Positions 1 to 8,665 of a stretch of 64,000 nucleotides of DNA are shown piece by piece (position 1 is the first letter of the stretch; each line of letters starts with the position of its first letter). A model generated the notes under the pieces. The model searched no databases. It saw only the letters and a list, made by a program, of their open reading frames with translations, and was not told the origin of the DNA. A program made the position numbers and the translations under genes. The DNA is from Minisyncoccia bacterium (GTDB taxonomy: Bacteria; Patescibacteriota; Minisyncoccia; SW-4-49-11): positions 36,873 through 100,872 of the forward strand of contig JBIKVS010000001.1 of the NCBI GenBank assembly GCA_044356725.1. Direction: 5' to 3'.

Positions 1-221
1 GATAAGATTTCATCTATTTGTTGCTGATAATATTGATTAAGTTTAGTAATTACGTTCTCTAAAGAGATATCTGATAATTGAAATGAATTTTGAATTAGAT
101 TTAATAAGCCCTCTATATTGTCTATATCCAAAAACCTCTTACTATCATTGGATGATGGTAAATTGCCTAGTCTTGAGACATATCTGCTTGTAACACCGAT
201 TAGAGGTACTTGTAAACTCAT
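1..221 (-). CDS. V/A-type ATPase subunit C, putative (N-terminal part; runs off window)
   Basis: ATG at 221-219 overlaps the stop of the subunit E gene (ATGA); frame MSLQVPLIGVTSRYV... is open to the window edge; identity inferred from operon order I-K-E-C. Confidence 0.5.
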   Translation of the reverse strand, partial: MSLQVPLIGVTSRYVSRLGNLPSSNDSKRFLDIDNIEGLLNLIQNSFQLSDISLENVITKLNQYYQQQIDEIL

Positions 222-754
222 ATTTCCTTCATTACAGAGGTTAATGTTTTTTGCTTTACGATATCAATAATATCTTCTATAGTGATTTCTAAGTGCCCTG
301 ATTCTAGCTGGGCTTGTACTGTGCCTAGAATTTGCTTATTGTCTATGAGTTGGGTTTTATATCCCAAATTAGTAATAATTTGCTCTAATTCATTACTATA
401 TTGTCCTACAAGAGTTAAAGTTATAGATTTAGGAATATCTTGTAATGTCTTTTGGATTAATTCCTTTACAAAATTAGATTTTAATATTTCAGGTATAAGA
501 TCTGCATAAATATCTGCTAATTGAGTTTGTAAAGAATATCCAAGCTCAAATTTAGTAGTTTTACTTTGCTGGAATTTTTTGAAATTAATCTGGGTAGAAA
601 CTGCCTCATCAATTTTCTCAGAATGTAGTTTTTTTACTTCAGATAAAGTAAAGTTCCAATTATTCTTGACATCTTGTAAGTCAGATTTATACTGAGTTTC
701 TAATTTCTCAAGATCTTTATCTACCTGTGCTTGTATAGAATCAGCTAAAGTCAT
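218..754 (-). CDS. V/A-type ATPase subunit E, divergent
   Basis: 178 aa, charged helical N-terminus, directly after subunit K. Confidence 0.6.
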   Translation of the reverse strand: MTLADSIQAQVDKDLEKLETQYKSDLQDVKNNWNFTLSEVKKLHSEKIDEAVSTQINFKKFQQSKTTKFELGYSLQTQLADIYADLIPEILKSNFVKELIQKTLQDIPKSITLTLVGQYSNELEQIITNLGYKTQLIDNKQILGTVQAQLESGHLEITIEDIIDIVKQKTLTSVMKEI

Positions 755-755
755 A

Positions 756-1235
756 TTATCCTACAGATACTCCATTAATAATCAAAATAGAAACCAAAAG
801 TCCAAAGACAGCAAAAGTCTCTACTAAAGCGGCTAAGATAATTACTTGTCCAATCTTAGATTTATCTCTAGCGATCAATTGAACTCCACTAGCAATTACA
901 TCACCCTGATATTTTCCAGAAGCTAAACAAGTAAGTCCTACAGGAATTCCAGCAAAAGCTAATATCATACCATTTTGCCAACTAACATTTGCAAACTCAC
1001 CAGATAATACTCCAGTATTTTGCAGAATTAAAACAGCTGCTAAAAGACCATAAATAGCTTGTGATCCAGGCAGAGCTGATAATAAAAGTATATTCCCAAA
1101 TTGAGAATCATCCTCAGCAACTAACCCAGCTCCAGTTTTACCAGCGGTAGAAACTCCGATTGATGAGCCAGCTCCAGCTAAGCCGGCAGCTAGAGCAGCA
1201 CCTAATACTGCTAAACTTATACCTAATACTTCCAT
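756..1235 (-). CDS. ntpK: V/A-type ATPase proteolipid subunit K (4 TM)
   Basis: Gly/Ala-rich duplicated hairpin; LPGSQAIYG and LVETFAVFG motifs. Confidence 0.92.
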   Translation of the reverse strand: MEVLGISLAVLGAALAAGLAGAGSSIGVSTAGKTGAGLVAEDDSQFGNILLLSALPGSQAIYGLLAAVLILQNTGVLSGEFANVSWQNGMILAFAGIPVGLTCLASGKYQGDVIASGVQLIARDKSKIGQVIILAALVETFAVFGLLVSILIINGVSVG

Positions 1236-1338
1236 ATATTCAACTTTAACTTTTAATTAGGGACAGAGATTCTTACCACTGCTATCCTTTTCGCTATACT
1301 CCTAAATTTTTAAGAATATAATGAAAAAGATAACAGTA

Positions 1339-3375
1339 TTATTCAATAACACTATAATCTTGAGATCGAGAAACCTCCTGTAAGGGTCTTCCTCCAGATT
1401 GGAAGAATTTACTAAAGAATTCTACAAAGTGCAATCTACCTACATTGATATAAGTACCTAAGACATTCAGAGCAATATTAAATATATTTCCTGCTACAAA
1501 AATAACAATCATAATAATATATCCAATAACAATCCAAGCACCACCTTTTTCTACTAATCCGCTACCAGCTAGGTTTGCTAAGGTTCCTACTACTCCAGCA
1601 ATAATTCCAGTTGCAAGACCTAGAGCAACTAACCTAGTATAAGATAGTATATCTGACAAATATCCTACTACTCCAAAAAATACATCATAGGCTCCTTTAC
1701 CAAACTTAGCAAATATAGACTTCATATCTCTACCCAAAAGATATATCATTGTAAATACATAGCCAATATATATATATATCAGAGGATCAATGAGTAATTG
1801 AAGTCCATTTCCTAATAATCCAAAATTAATAAGCAATAATAATATTCCAAAGATCAAAGCTAAAGCCCAAAGAATAGAATCTAGACTAGCATCCCAGAAT
1901 GACTTTTGATTGAATGCTTGTACAATGTTGAGAGATAACCCAAATAAAAGATGAATAACTCCAAGTACAATAGTGAATCCCATCAAAGCAATTACACTGT
2001 CCATAGGATTGATAACTTGTAATTGCTGTAAGAAAGGAATTAAACCAATAGTAATTAAGAATTTCATATGGGGTGATGCTGTATCAGGATCAACTCCATC
2101 GGGAGTAATTCCAAACCAACTACCAAATAAAGCTCCTACAATCAAAGTAGAGATAGAAGCAATAAACACTACTGCAAAAATATCTCTTACACCTGATTTT
2201 AATCTAGAATTTAATAATCCAAGCCCAGTCAAAATAATTAGAATCAGCGCATATCCAGCCTCAGATAAAGCTAATCCGAACATAAAGGTGAAGAATATAG
2301 CAATAGATAAAGTCGGATCAATTTTGCCAGCCTGCGGATAACCCATAATTTTTGTTACAGTTTCAAAATGTCTTACAATAGGCAAGTTTTTGAATATAAC
2401 TGGAGTGTCTTCAGATACAGATGGTAATTCTACAATTTTAATATCATTTGAAATGTCTAAAATATCTTTTTTATATAAATTAAACTTTTCTTCATCTACC
2501 CATAACTTTATAGAAGAATTTGTTTCAGATTCTGGATTAAAAGAATGTAAATAAGAAATCAAATTTAGTTGAGAATTTAATACATCTGCTAAAATAGCCA
2601 AATCCTTGAGCTGAATAGGGGATTTTTTGAGCTCAAGATTTATTTTATTGATGATTTTGGCATTAACACTAAATTCTTGTTTACTTTTATGATAAATATC
2701 ATAAAAAGATCCTGTAACTTCAGCTGGAAATTGAATGAAGGTAGCTTGATTTTGAATTATATCTAGTCCAATTTTAACCTGATTTTTTGAAACGGCTAAA
2801 ATATAAACATAATCAGTCCCAATTTTTTTAACAGACTCCAATACAATAGGAGATAAACTTTGCTCCAACTGCTCTACTAAATAATGGGCTCTAGATTCAT
2901 CAACTAAAAATGGTAAAAATTTAATATAAGAATAGGGTTTAAAAATATTAAGTTCGATGTCTTTTAGAGGTTCTGATTTAGCAATAATATCTTGTAAAAC
3001 TTCTTGTCTAGTTGTTAAATCATCTTTCAGTCCAGCTTTTTCTACAATCTCTTGAGCTTTTTTGATAATTTCTCCTTGCTCTGTATTATAATGTTCAAAA
3101 ATGTCTTCAGTGATTAAAAATCTATCATCTAACACAGCTGAGAACATGGATTTTTTAACAGTATGATACCCTTTGTATATATCCAAAGATTTATTTACTA
3201 TATCTAGATTTTCTAATAGATCCTCTTGTTTATGTAAATAATTTTTAGCTAAAGGAGTTCTTTCTAGTTTTTCTATAATTTCTCCAACTTGACGCTTTTG
3301 AATATAAGCTAATAAGTTTAATTGAGTATTGTTTGGAACAGTGATTTGAATTAGTTTAGACGCTTGAACTCCCAT
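1339..3375 (-). CDS. ntpI: V/A-type ATPase subunit I
   Basis: Soluble N-half, hydrophobic C-half; IDPT, SDILSYTRLVALGLAT, RLHFVEFFSKFF. Confidence 0.95.
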   Translation of the reverse strand: MGVQASKLIQITVPNNTQLNLLAYIQKRQVGEIIEKLERTPLAKNYLHKQEDLLENLDIVNKSLDIYKGYHTVKKSMFSAVLDDRFLITEDIFEHYNTEQGEIIKKAQEIVEKAGLKDDLTTRQEVLQDIIAKSEPLKDIELNIFKPYSYIKFLPFLVDESRAHYLVEQLEQSLSPIVLESVKKIGTDYVYILAVSKNQVKIGLDIIQNQATFIQFPAEVTGSFYDIYHKSKQEFSVNAKIINKINLELKKSPIQLKDLAILADVLNSQLNLISYLHSFNPESETNSSIKLWVDEEKFNLYKKDILDISNDIKIVELPSVSEDTPVIFKNLPIVRHFETVTKIMGYPQAGKIDPTLSIAIFFTFMFGLALSEAGYALILIILTGLGLLNSRLKSGVRDIFAVVFIASISTLIVGALFGSWFGITPDGVDPDTASPHMKFLITIGLIPFLQQLQVINPMDSVIALMGFTIVLGVIHLLFGLSLNIVQAFNQKSFWDASLDSILWALALIFGILLLLINFGLLGNGLQLLIDPLIYIYIGYVFTMIYLLGRDMKSIFAKFGKGAYDVFFGVVGYLSDILSYTRLVALGLATGIIAGVVGTLANLAGSGLVEKGGAWIVIGYIIMIVIFVAGNIFNIALNVLGTYINVGRLHFVEFFSKFFQSGGRPLQEVSRSQDYSVIE

Positions 3376-3408
3376 ATAAATTTATAGATTTACAGATATA
3401 AGTATTAA

Positions 3409-3672
3409 TTATAATTGACTCAAAATAAGGTTTTTGATTTTTTGACGATTTAATTTAACCTCTTTTTTAGAATCATCTTTAATATTTTCATAAGAGGCTA
3501 ACTTTGCATTCACAATCTGATTCTTATTTAAAATCTCTTTGTTTAGACTGTCTATGGTCTCTTTAGTCTTAGAGATATATTCTTGGGTTTGTAGATTGTA
3601 GTTCTTTTGTAGTGATTTCTTTCTACGAGCAAAAGACTTTTCAATTTCAATCAATTCAACAAGTTGTTTCAT
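3409..3672 (-). CDS. small charged protein, possible V/A-ATPase subunit G/H
   Basis: 87 aa, Lys/Glu-rich, first gene of the ATPase operon. Confidence 0.45.
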   Translation of the reverse strand: MKQLVELIEIEKSFARRKKSLQKNYNLQTQEYISKTKETIDSLNKEILNKNQIVNAKLASYENIKDDSKKEVKLNRQKIKNLILSQL

Positions 3673-3693
3673 AGGTGTTTATAAATACAATTC

Positions 3694-3722
3694 ATTATAG
3701 TCTAGAGAATTTAATTTGTCAA
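3694..3722 (-). promoter_or_regulatory. sigma70 promoter of the ATPase operon
   Basis: TTGACA-17 nt-TATAAT on the minus strand. Confidence 0.8.
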
Positions 3723-3880
3723 TTATTTTGGCCAATTATCTGGATGTAGGGAGTCTAATTGCCAATTAATAGGGTTATTTATAATATAATTTTGAACTCT
3801 CAACAAATCAGTTTCATTACGAATAATATGGTCATAGAAAGATTTTTGCCAAAATGTATTATATTTATTTATTATATTTT

Positions 3881-3907
3881 TCGTAGAGTCGGCGACCTCG
3901 CCGACAT
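3881..3907 (+). repeat. GTAG-type REP (class A) inside the RAYT CDS
   Basis: TCGTAGA GTCGGCGA CC TCGCCGAC AT. Confidence 0.9.
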
Positions 3908-4162
3908 TATGATTATTGTATTTTTTTACATTCCTCAATGATATTTGTTTAAAACTAGAGATTATGTCTCCCAAAGAAACTTTTTTATTAGTAGCTAAAG
4001 AATATGAATTTTTGTCTATACCAATTATTCCATGAAAATGATTTGGCATTAATACATATCTATCTAATTTAATATTAGAATAATACTTTGGTATATCAAG
4101 CCAAGTACTTTCTACAATATTTCCAATATTATTTAATTTAAATTTATAAACATCTTCGATAT

Positions 4163-4190
4163 ATGTCGGCGTGGTCGCCGACTCTACGAA
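4163..4190 (-). repeat. GTAG-type REP (class A) inside the RAYT CDS, inverted relative to the 3881 copy
   Basis: Reverse complement TTCGTAGAGTCGGCGACCACGCCGACAT; one mismatch to the 3881 copy. Confidence 0.9.
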
Positions 4191-4295
4191 AATACATTTC
4201 ATATCATAGACACATATAGTCACAAAATACCAATAACCCCCAAGATATAATTCTTTTGACAATCTGTGTCGTTGTCTTTTCATATAAAGTACTTT

Positions 4296-5741
4296 CTACA
4301 CAAAGAATTTTCTTCGGATTTCTTCGTCTTGGGCTTTTTGCTTTTCTTCAATTAGGTTTATAGCCTTAATTTTGAGGTCTTTTAGGTCTTGTGTGGCAAG
4401 TGCTTGGGATTGTGATTTTAGATATTCAACATTATTTTTAGTAGGGTCTTCTAGTATTTCAGCTAACAGTACATTTAGAATCATACCAATCAGTGGGCCA
4501 GGTTTGATATTTAGTTCATTTATCAAAATATTCCCATCAATTTTGAGCATAGATAAATCTATTGGGTCTAATAAAACCTTTTCAGTCATATATTCAAAGT
4601 GACGTAGGCGATAGGGACGGGCCTTCGGGGTTCCTGATCCTATACGGTCACATTCTCTTAGTTTAATCAAATCTTTGATATTTTCTACTCCTACATTACG
4701 AATTAATTTGCGAATTGAGGCTTCTGTTACTTCATTAGTATCATAGTAAAACATATGGTATCTGACCAACTTAGAGATTCTAGCTGCAAGCTTTTTGGGA
4801 TAATGTAGTCTATTCAAAATCTCATAGGCCATACTAGCTCCTACTATTTCATGATTATGAAAGGTACAAGTTTTCCCAGTCCCTTCTTTAGTTCGTGGTT
4901 TAGCAATATCGTGTAGTAAGCCGGCCATTCTAAGGTCAAAACTCCAATCCATATCACAAGCATGTTGCATAGTGCGAAGTAAATGCTCCCATACATCATA
5001 AATATGATGTCCATTTTGTTCTACTCCAATACCTTCTTCTAATTCAGGCATAATAGAGGGGAGTAGATGGCTATTTTTAAGTAAAACATACCCTTGCATT
5101 GCTCTTGGGGCCTGTATCATTTTGGTGAGTTCGTCGCGAATTCGCTCTTGAGCAATATGTTCTAGATTAGGAGCTAGATTTTGTATTGCTTGTAAGGTGT
5201 GAGGTTCAATTGTGAAATCTAATTGGATGGCAAATCTCACTGCTCTCATTAATCTCAAGGCATCTTCATTGAATCTATCTTGGGGTTCTCCGACGGTTCG
5301 GATAATTTTAGCGTGCAGGTCATCTAATCCTCCAAAAAAATCTTGAATTTCACCTTGTCTATTCATTGCAAGAGCATTGACTGTAAAGTCTCTACGAGCT
5401 AAATCTTGGGATAGTTCGGATACAAACTCGACTTGTTCAGGATGGCGATTATCTGTGTATTGAGATTCTTTACGATAGGTAGTGACTTCAATTATCTCCA
5501 CTGATTCGTCTGGTTTGCGGTATTTGACTCCCACTGTTCCAAAAGTATTCTCATATACAGAGTCGGGGAATAGCTCTTGAATTTGTTCAGGTAGGGCATT
5601 GGTAGTAATGTCCCAATCTACGGGAGTTTTATTCCCCAAAAGTAAATCTCTAACACTACCACCGACGATAAAAGCCTCAAAGCCAGCTTCCTCTAAGGTA
5701 TGGAGGATAAAAAGTATATGATTCGGTATATTATAATTCAT
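4296..5741 (-). CDS. cca: CCA tRNA nucleotidyltransferase with HD domain
   Basis: VGGSVRDLL, DWDITT, DLARRDFTVNA, RFNEDALRLMRA, LLHDIAKP; start moved to ATG 5741 because the TTG at 5768 lies within the tRNA. Confidence 0.9.
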   Translation of the reverse strand: MNYNIPNHILFILHTLEEAGFEAFIVGGSVRDLLLGNKTPVDWDITTNALPEQIQELFPDSVYENTFGTVGVKYRKPDESVEIIEVTTYRKESQYTDNRHPEQVEFVSELSQDLARRDFTVNALAMNRQGEIQDFFGGLDDLHAKIIRTVGEPQDRFNEDALRLMRAVRFAIQLDFTIEPHTLQAIQNLAPNLEHIAQERIRDELTKMIQAPRAMQGYVLLKNSHLLPSIMPELEEGIGVEQNGHHIYDVWEHLLRTMQHACDMDWSFDLRMAGLLHDIAKPRTKEGTGKTCTFHNHEIVGASMAYEILNRLHYPKKLAARISKLVRYHMFYYDTNEVTEASIRKLIRNVGVENIKDLIKLRECDRIGSGTPKARPYRLRHFEYMTEKVLLDPIDLSMLKIDGNILINELNIKPGPLIGMILNVLLAEILEDPTKNNVEYLKSQSQALATQDLKDLKIKAINLIEEKQKAQDEEIRRKFFV

Positions 5742-5759
5742 AAAATTTTTGCTAAATTG

Positions 5760-5836
5760 TGGAGCCAATGGTGGGGATCGAACCCACGACCTATGCGTTA
5801 CGAATGCATTGCTCTACCAGACTAAGCTACATTGGC
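5760..5836 (-). tRNA. tRNA-Thr(CGT)
   Basis: GCCAATG acceptor stem, D arm, anticodon loop TTCGTAA, GTTCGATCC T loop, encoded CCA. Confidence 0.95.
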
Positions 5837-5882
5837 GCACTTTTAGTATAGTCTAAAATGGCTACAAGAGCAATATATAAAT

Positions 5883-5911
5883 AAAAAAGCCCCGCTTAAC
5901 TTGGCGGGGTT
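5883..5911 (-). terminator. intrinsic terminator
   Basis: CCCCGC/GCGGGG stem followed by a T6 run on the minus strand. Confidence 0.7.
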
Positions 5912-6213
5912 GAATGAGTATGATTTGAGGGGTTCAATCTAGATAATTGATTTATCAATGAAAATATATTTTCACTTAATATAACTTTAACTTTGTTATC
6001 ACCTTTATTTATAATGCAATTTCTTTGAATAGCTCTTATTGCTGAATTAATGCTATTAACATCAGCTCCAGTATGACATACTCTATATATAAACTCATTT
6101 GATCTTTTTTTCTTATGACCTTTTAAATTTTTTCGAGATTCTTTCTTAAATATTTTAGCTTCTTTCAACAAATGTATTATATGCTGCCATTGTCTATGAG
6201 AATATTCACACAA
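5896..6213 (-). CDS. hypothetical basic protein, possibly frameshifted at the 5' end
   Basis: 105 aa ORF between a promoter and a terminator; the SD-linked ATG is out of frame. Confidence 0.35.
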   Translation of the reverse strand: MCEYSHRQWQHIIHLLKEAKIFKKESRKNLKGHKKKRSNEFIYRVCHTGADVNSINSAIRAIQRNCIINKGDNKVKVILSENIFSLINQLSRLNPSNHTHSTPPS

Positions 6214-6250
6214 GTAATTGTCATCAAAAACTCCTCACAAAGTGGTGTTT

Positions 6251-6279
6251 AGACTATCAAAATCTATGTTTTATGTCAA
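6251..6279 (-). promoter_or_regulatory. sigma70-like promoter
   Basis: TTGACA-17 nt-TAGTCT, bracketed by an 11-bp inverted repeat. Confidence 0.55.
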
Positions 6280-6339
6280 ATTGTGAGGAGTATGGATAAA
6301 TGTAGGATAGCACTTGTTTCTATACAATGCTCAAGTACA

Positions 6340-6527
6340 GTCCTCCTCCGTCACCTACGGTGCCACCTCCCCCAAGGGAGGACAGTTCTTATTTTGTCTC
6401 CCTTTTTAACTGCCGTAAGTAGTTGGAGGGAGTACCCGTGGGGGGCAACAGAAGGTCGCCCCTACGAAAATTATGTCGGCGTGGCGCCGACTCTACGAAT
6501 AGTGCAAGGATAAACCCTCCGCTACGA
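6340..6527. repeat. GC-rich palindrome/REP cluster 1
   Basis: Hairpins at 6340-6440, then three tandem minus-strand REPs ending CTACGA (6444-6468 class B, 6473-6499 class A, 6508-6527 class C). Confidence 0.85.
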
Positions 6528-6534
6528 GAAAAAG

Positions 6535-6561
6535 AAAAAAGCCCCGCTGAGTGCGGGGCTT
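6535..6561 (-). terminator. intrinsic terminator
   Basis: GCCCCGC ACTCA GCGGGGC TTTTTT; same stem as at 5883-5911. Confidence 0.8.
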
Positions 6562-6577
6562 GGGTGAGTGAGAGCGA

Positions 6578-7162
6578 TCAGTAATCAATGAGGATTTGGA
6601 TTATCCTTAGCATGGGTCCGATATGAGAGAGCAGGAAGCAACTAACCTGCTGGGAAAGAACATCATAGGCATTGAGGTGCTCCATGCCGGAGAAACCCCA
6701 ACCACCCTTTTTCTTGTCCCTCCGCTGTTTCCAGTATGAGACAGAATGGGTAGGTATACCATAGATGTCATAGATGTCATAGAGTAATACTCGATCTTCT
6801 GTGACTGTTTCCCCCCTCTTCGTACGATTCCAACCGTACTCACTTCTGCCTGCGTTGACGAAGTGAATCTGAAGCACCTCCAGTGCCTCGATCAATAGGG
6901 TGTATTGCCCCCAATTGACAGTCTTGAAATCCTTGATGAGATCACGGATTTCGCCGCTTCGGTCGTGCCACCTTGACACTTGGTCAAAGAACGGTACGAT
7001 AGCACATATTGGATCAGATTCAGATGCTCGCTGTAATCGCTGTAGTTCGTTGCTAAGTTCCATTAGCTCCGGAACCAGCTTCTTAAGCTTATCTTTTGGT
7101 GAAGAACGTAGCATGCTGATCCGCTTACGCAGGTGCAGGGGGCTTTCGATGGTGATAGCCAT
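6578..7162 (-). CDS. hypothetical protein, GC-rich, likely foreign
   Basis: 194 aa ORF, ~50% GC, AAGGAG SD, own promoter and terminator; no family recognised. Confidence 0.75.
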   Translation of the reverse strand: MAITIESPLHLRKRISMLRSSPKDKLKKLVPELMELSNELQRLQRASESDPICAIVPFFDQVSRWHDRSGEIRDLIKDFKTVNWGQYTLLIEALEVLQIHFVNAGRSEYGWNRTKRGETVTEDRVLLYDIYDIYGIPTHSVSYWKQRRDKKKGGWGFSGMEHLNAYDVLSQQVSCFLLSHIGPMLRIIQILIDY

Positions 7163-7195
7163 TTGGGCTAACTCCTTGTGAAATGAACAAAATTA

Positions 7196-7224
7196 ATCAT
7201 ATCACAACATAAATAAAATGTCAA
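7196..7224 (-). promoter_or_regulatory. sigma70 promoter
   Basis: TTGACA-17 nt-TATGAT. Confidence 0.75.
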
Positions 7225-7239
7225 TAGATGTGGGCAATT

Positions 7240-8658
7240 TTATTTTGTATTTATAATCACACTTTGGCCATCTTTATCTTGGATAGTATAGCCAAGATTG
7301 GACAACTCTTGTCTTAATTTGTCAGCTTGTATGAAATCTTTATCAGCTCGGGCTTGATTTCTTTGGTTAAATAAATTCATTATCTCAGCTGGAATTGAGG
7401 TTTTGGTAAGGGGTAAATTTAGGGCTAGTACTCGTTCTAGTCTTTGGAATAATTTGAGTATATGCCTACGTGGGATTGGTTCACCAGTATCTATAGCTGT
7501 ATTAACAATTTTTATAAAATCAAAAATATAGGCAATTGCCTTAGGAGAGTCAAGGTCATTGAATAAGGCTTTGCGGAAATTATTATAAGTATCTCGAATT
7601 TGCTTTTGAATATCTAGATTTCTCTGATGAGTTTTGATTAAATTGACTCTATTTACAAAATCTATAATTCTCTGGCGAGTTTGTTTAGCTTGGGTAAGAG
7701 CATCCCAAGAAAAATCTATATCGGAGCGATAATGTGCCATCAATACTAATAATCTTAAATCTAATGGGGAATAGCCGTGAGTAATAATATTATCTAGGGT
7801 TATAAAAGTCCCAGCTGATTTAGACATTTTGGCTGTATTGACGGTAAGGAAATAGCTATGAAGCCAATAATTTGCCATTGTCTTGCCAGTATCTGCTTTG
7901 AACTGAGCTATCTCATTAGTGTGATGAATTGGGATATGATCTTTGCCTCCTGTATGTATATCGAATGGTGCGTGAAGCAGAGAATCAGCCATTACTACAC
8001 ATTCAGAATGCCAGCCTGGGAATCCAACACCCCAAGGGCTTTCCCATTCCATTTGTCTAGTCTCTACTTTAGGTGAGAACTTCCATAGAGCAAAATCTGA
8101 GGGTGATTTTTTCTCTCCCATCTCGACTCTAGCTCCAGCCTCTTGAGCTTGTAATTTTAAGTGAGCAAAGTCAGCGTATTCCGGTAATTTGGTAGTATCA
8201 AAATATACTCCATCACTAGTAATATAGGTGTAGCCCTTTTTTTCTAATCTTTTGATTAAATTTATTTGCTCTCTTATATATTCAGTCGCTTTAGGGTAGT
8301 GATCGGAGGGGACTATATTCAGTTTAGCTAAATCTTCTTGCCAGAGTTTAGTATATTTGAGTGCTATTTCCTGAGCTGTGAGATTTTCTCTTTTAGACCC
8401 CTTTTCTAATTTATCCTCGCCTGTATTCTCATCGCTGACAAGATGCCCTACATCAGTAATGTTAGTAACTGAATAGACATTATATCCATGTAATTGCAAA
8501 GTCCTTTTGAGTAAATCATCAAATAAAGCTTTTCTCAAATTTCCAATATGTTGTCTGTCATACACGGTTGGACCACAACTATAAATAGAGACTCTTTTAG
8601 GGTTAATTGGCTTGAAGGGAATTAATTTCTTGTCTGGAGTATTATAAAGTTTAATCAT
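7240..8658 (-). CDS. cysS: cysteine--tRNA ligase
   Basis: CGPTVY, HIGN, DFALWK, PGWHSEC, KMSKS. Confidence 0.97.
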   Translation of the reverse strand: MIKLYNTPDKKLIPFKPINPKRVSIYSCGPTVYDRQHIGNLRKALFDDLLKRTLQLHGYNVYSVTNITDVGHLVSDENTGEDKLEKGSKRENLTAQEIALKYTKLWQEDLAKLNIVPSDHYPKATEYIREQINLIKRLEKKGYTYITSDGVYFDTTKLPEYADFAHLKLQAQEAGARVEMGEKKSPSDFALWKFSPKVETRQMEWESPWGVGFPGWHSECVVMADSLLHAPFDIHTGGKDHIPIHHTNEIAQFKADTGKTMANYWLHSYFLTVNTAKMSKSAGTFITLDNIITHGYSPLDLRLLVLMAHYRSDIDFSWDALTQAKQTRQRIIDFVNRVNLIKTHQRNLDIQKQIRDTYNNFRKALFNDLDSPKAIAYIFDFIKIVNTAIDTGEPIPRRHILKLFQRLERVLALNLPLTKTSIPAEIMNLFNQRNQARADKDFIQADKLRQELSNLGYTIQDKDGQSVIINTK

Positions 8659-8665
8659 AATACAA

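Larger units (their letters stand above)
3723..4283 (-). mobile_element. REP-associated tyrosine transposase (RAYT, Y1 HUH)
   Basis: YFVTIC, MPNHFHGII (HUH), WQKSFYDHIIRN, NYIINNP; matching REPs occur in the window. Confidence 0.9.

Noticed and set aside
5742-5768. Extended starts in the ORF track for cca (also rpmA 34544, crtB 25990, pilin 15882)
   Set aside because: They overlap a tRNA or neighbouring gene, or precede the family N-terminus; downstream ATGs fit better.
6283-6513. 76-aa plus-strand ORF
   Set aside because: Runs through the GC-rich REP cluster; likely open by chance.
6340-6527. CRISPR array in the repeat clusters
   Set aside because: Repeats are heterogeneous palindromes with no regular repeat-spacer period, and no cas genes are present.
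5883-7224. Integron cassettes or tRNA-integrated prophage
   Set aside because: No integrase, no attC boxes recognised, no duplicated tRNA 3' end, and the island lies on the tRNA 5' side.
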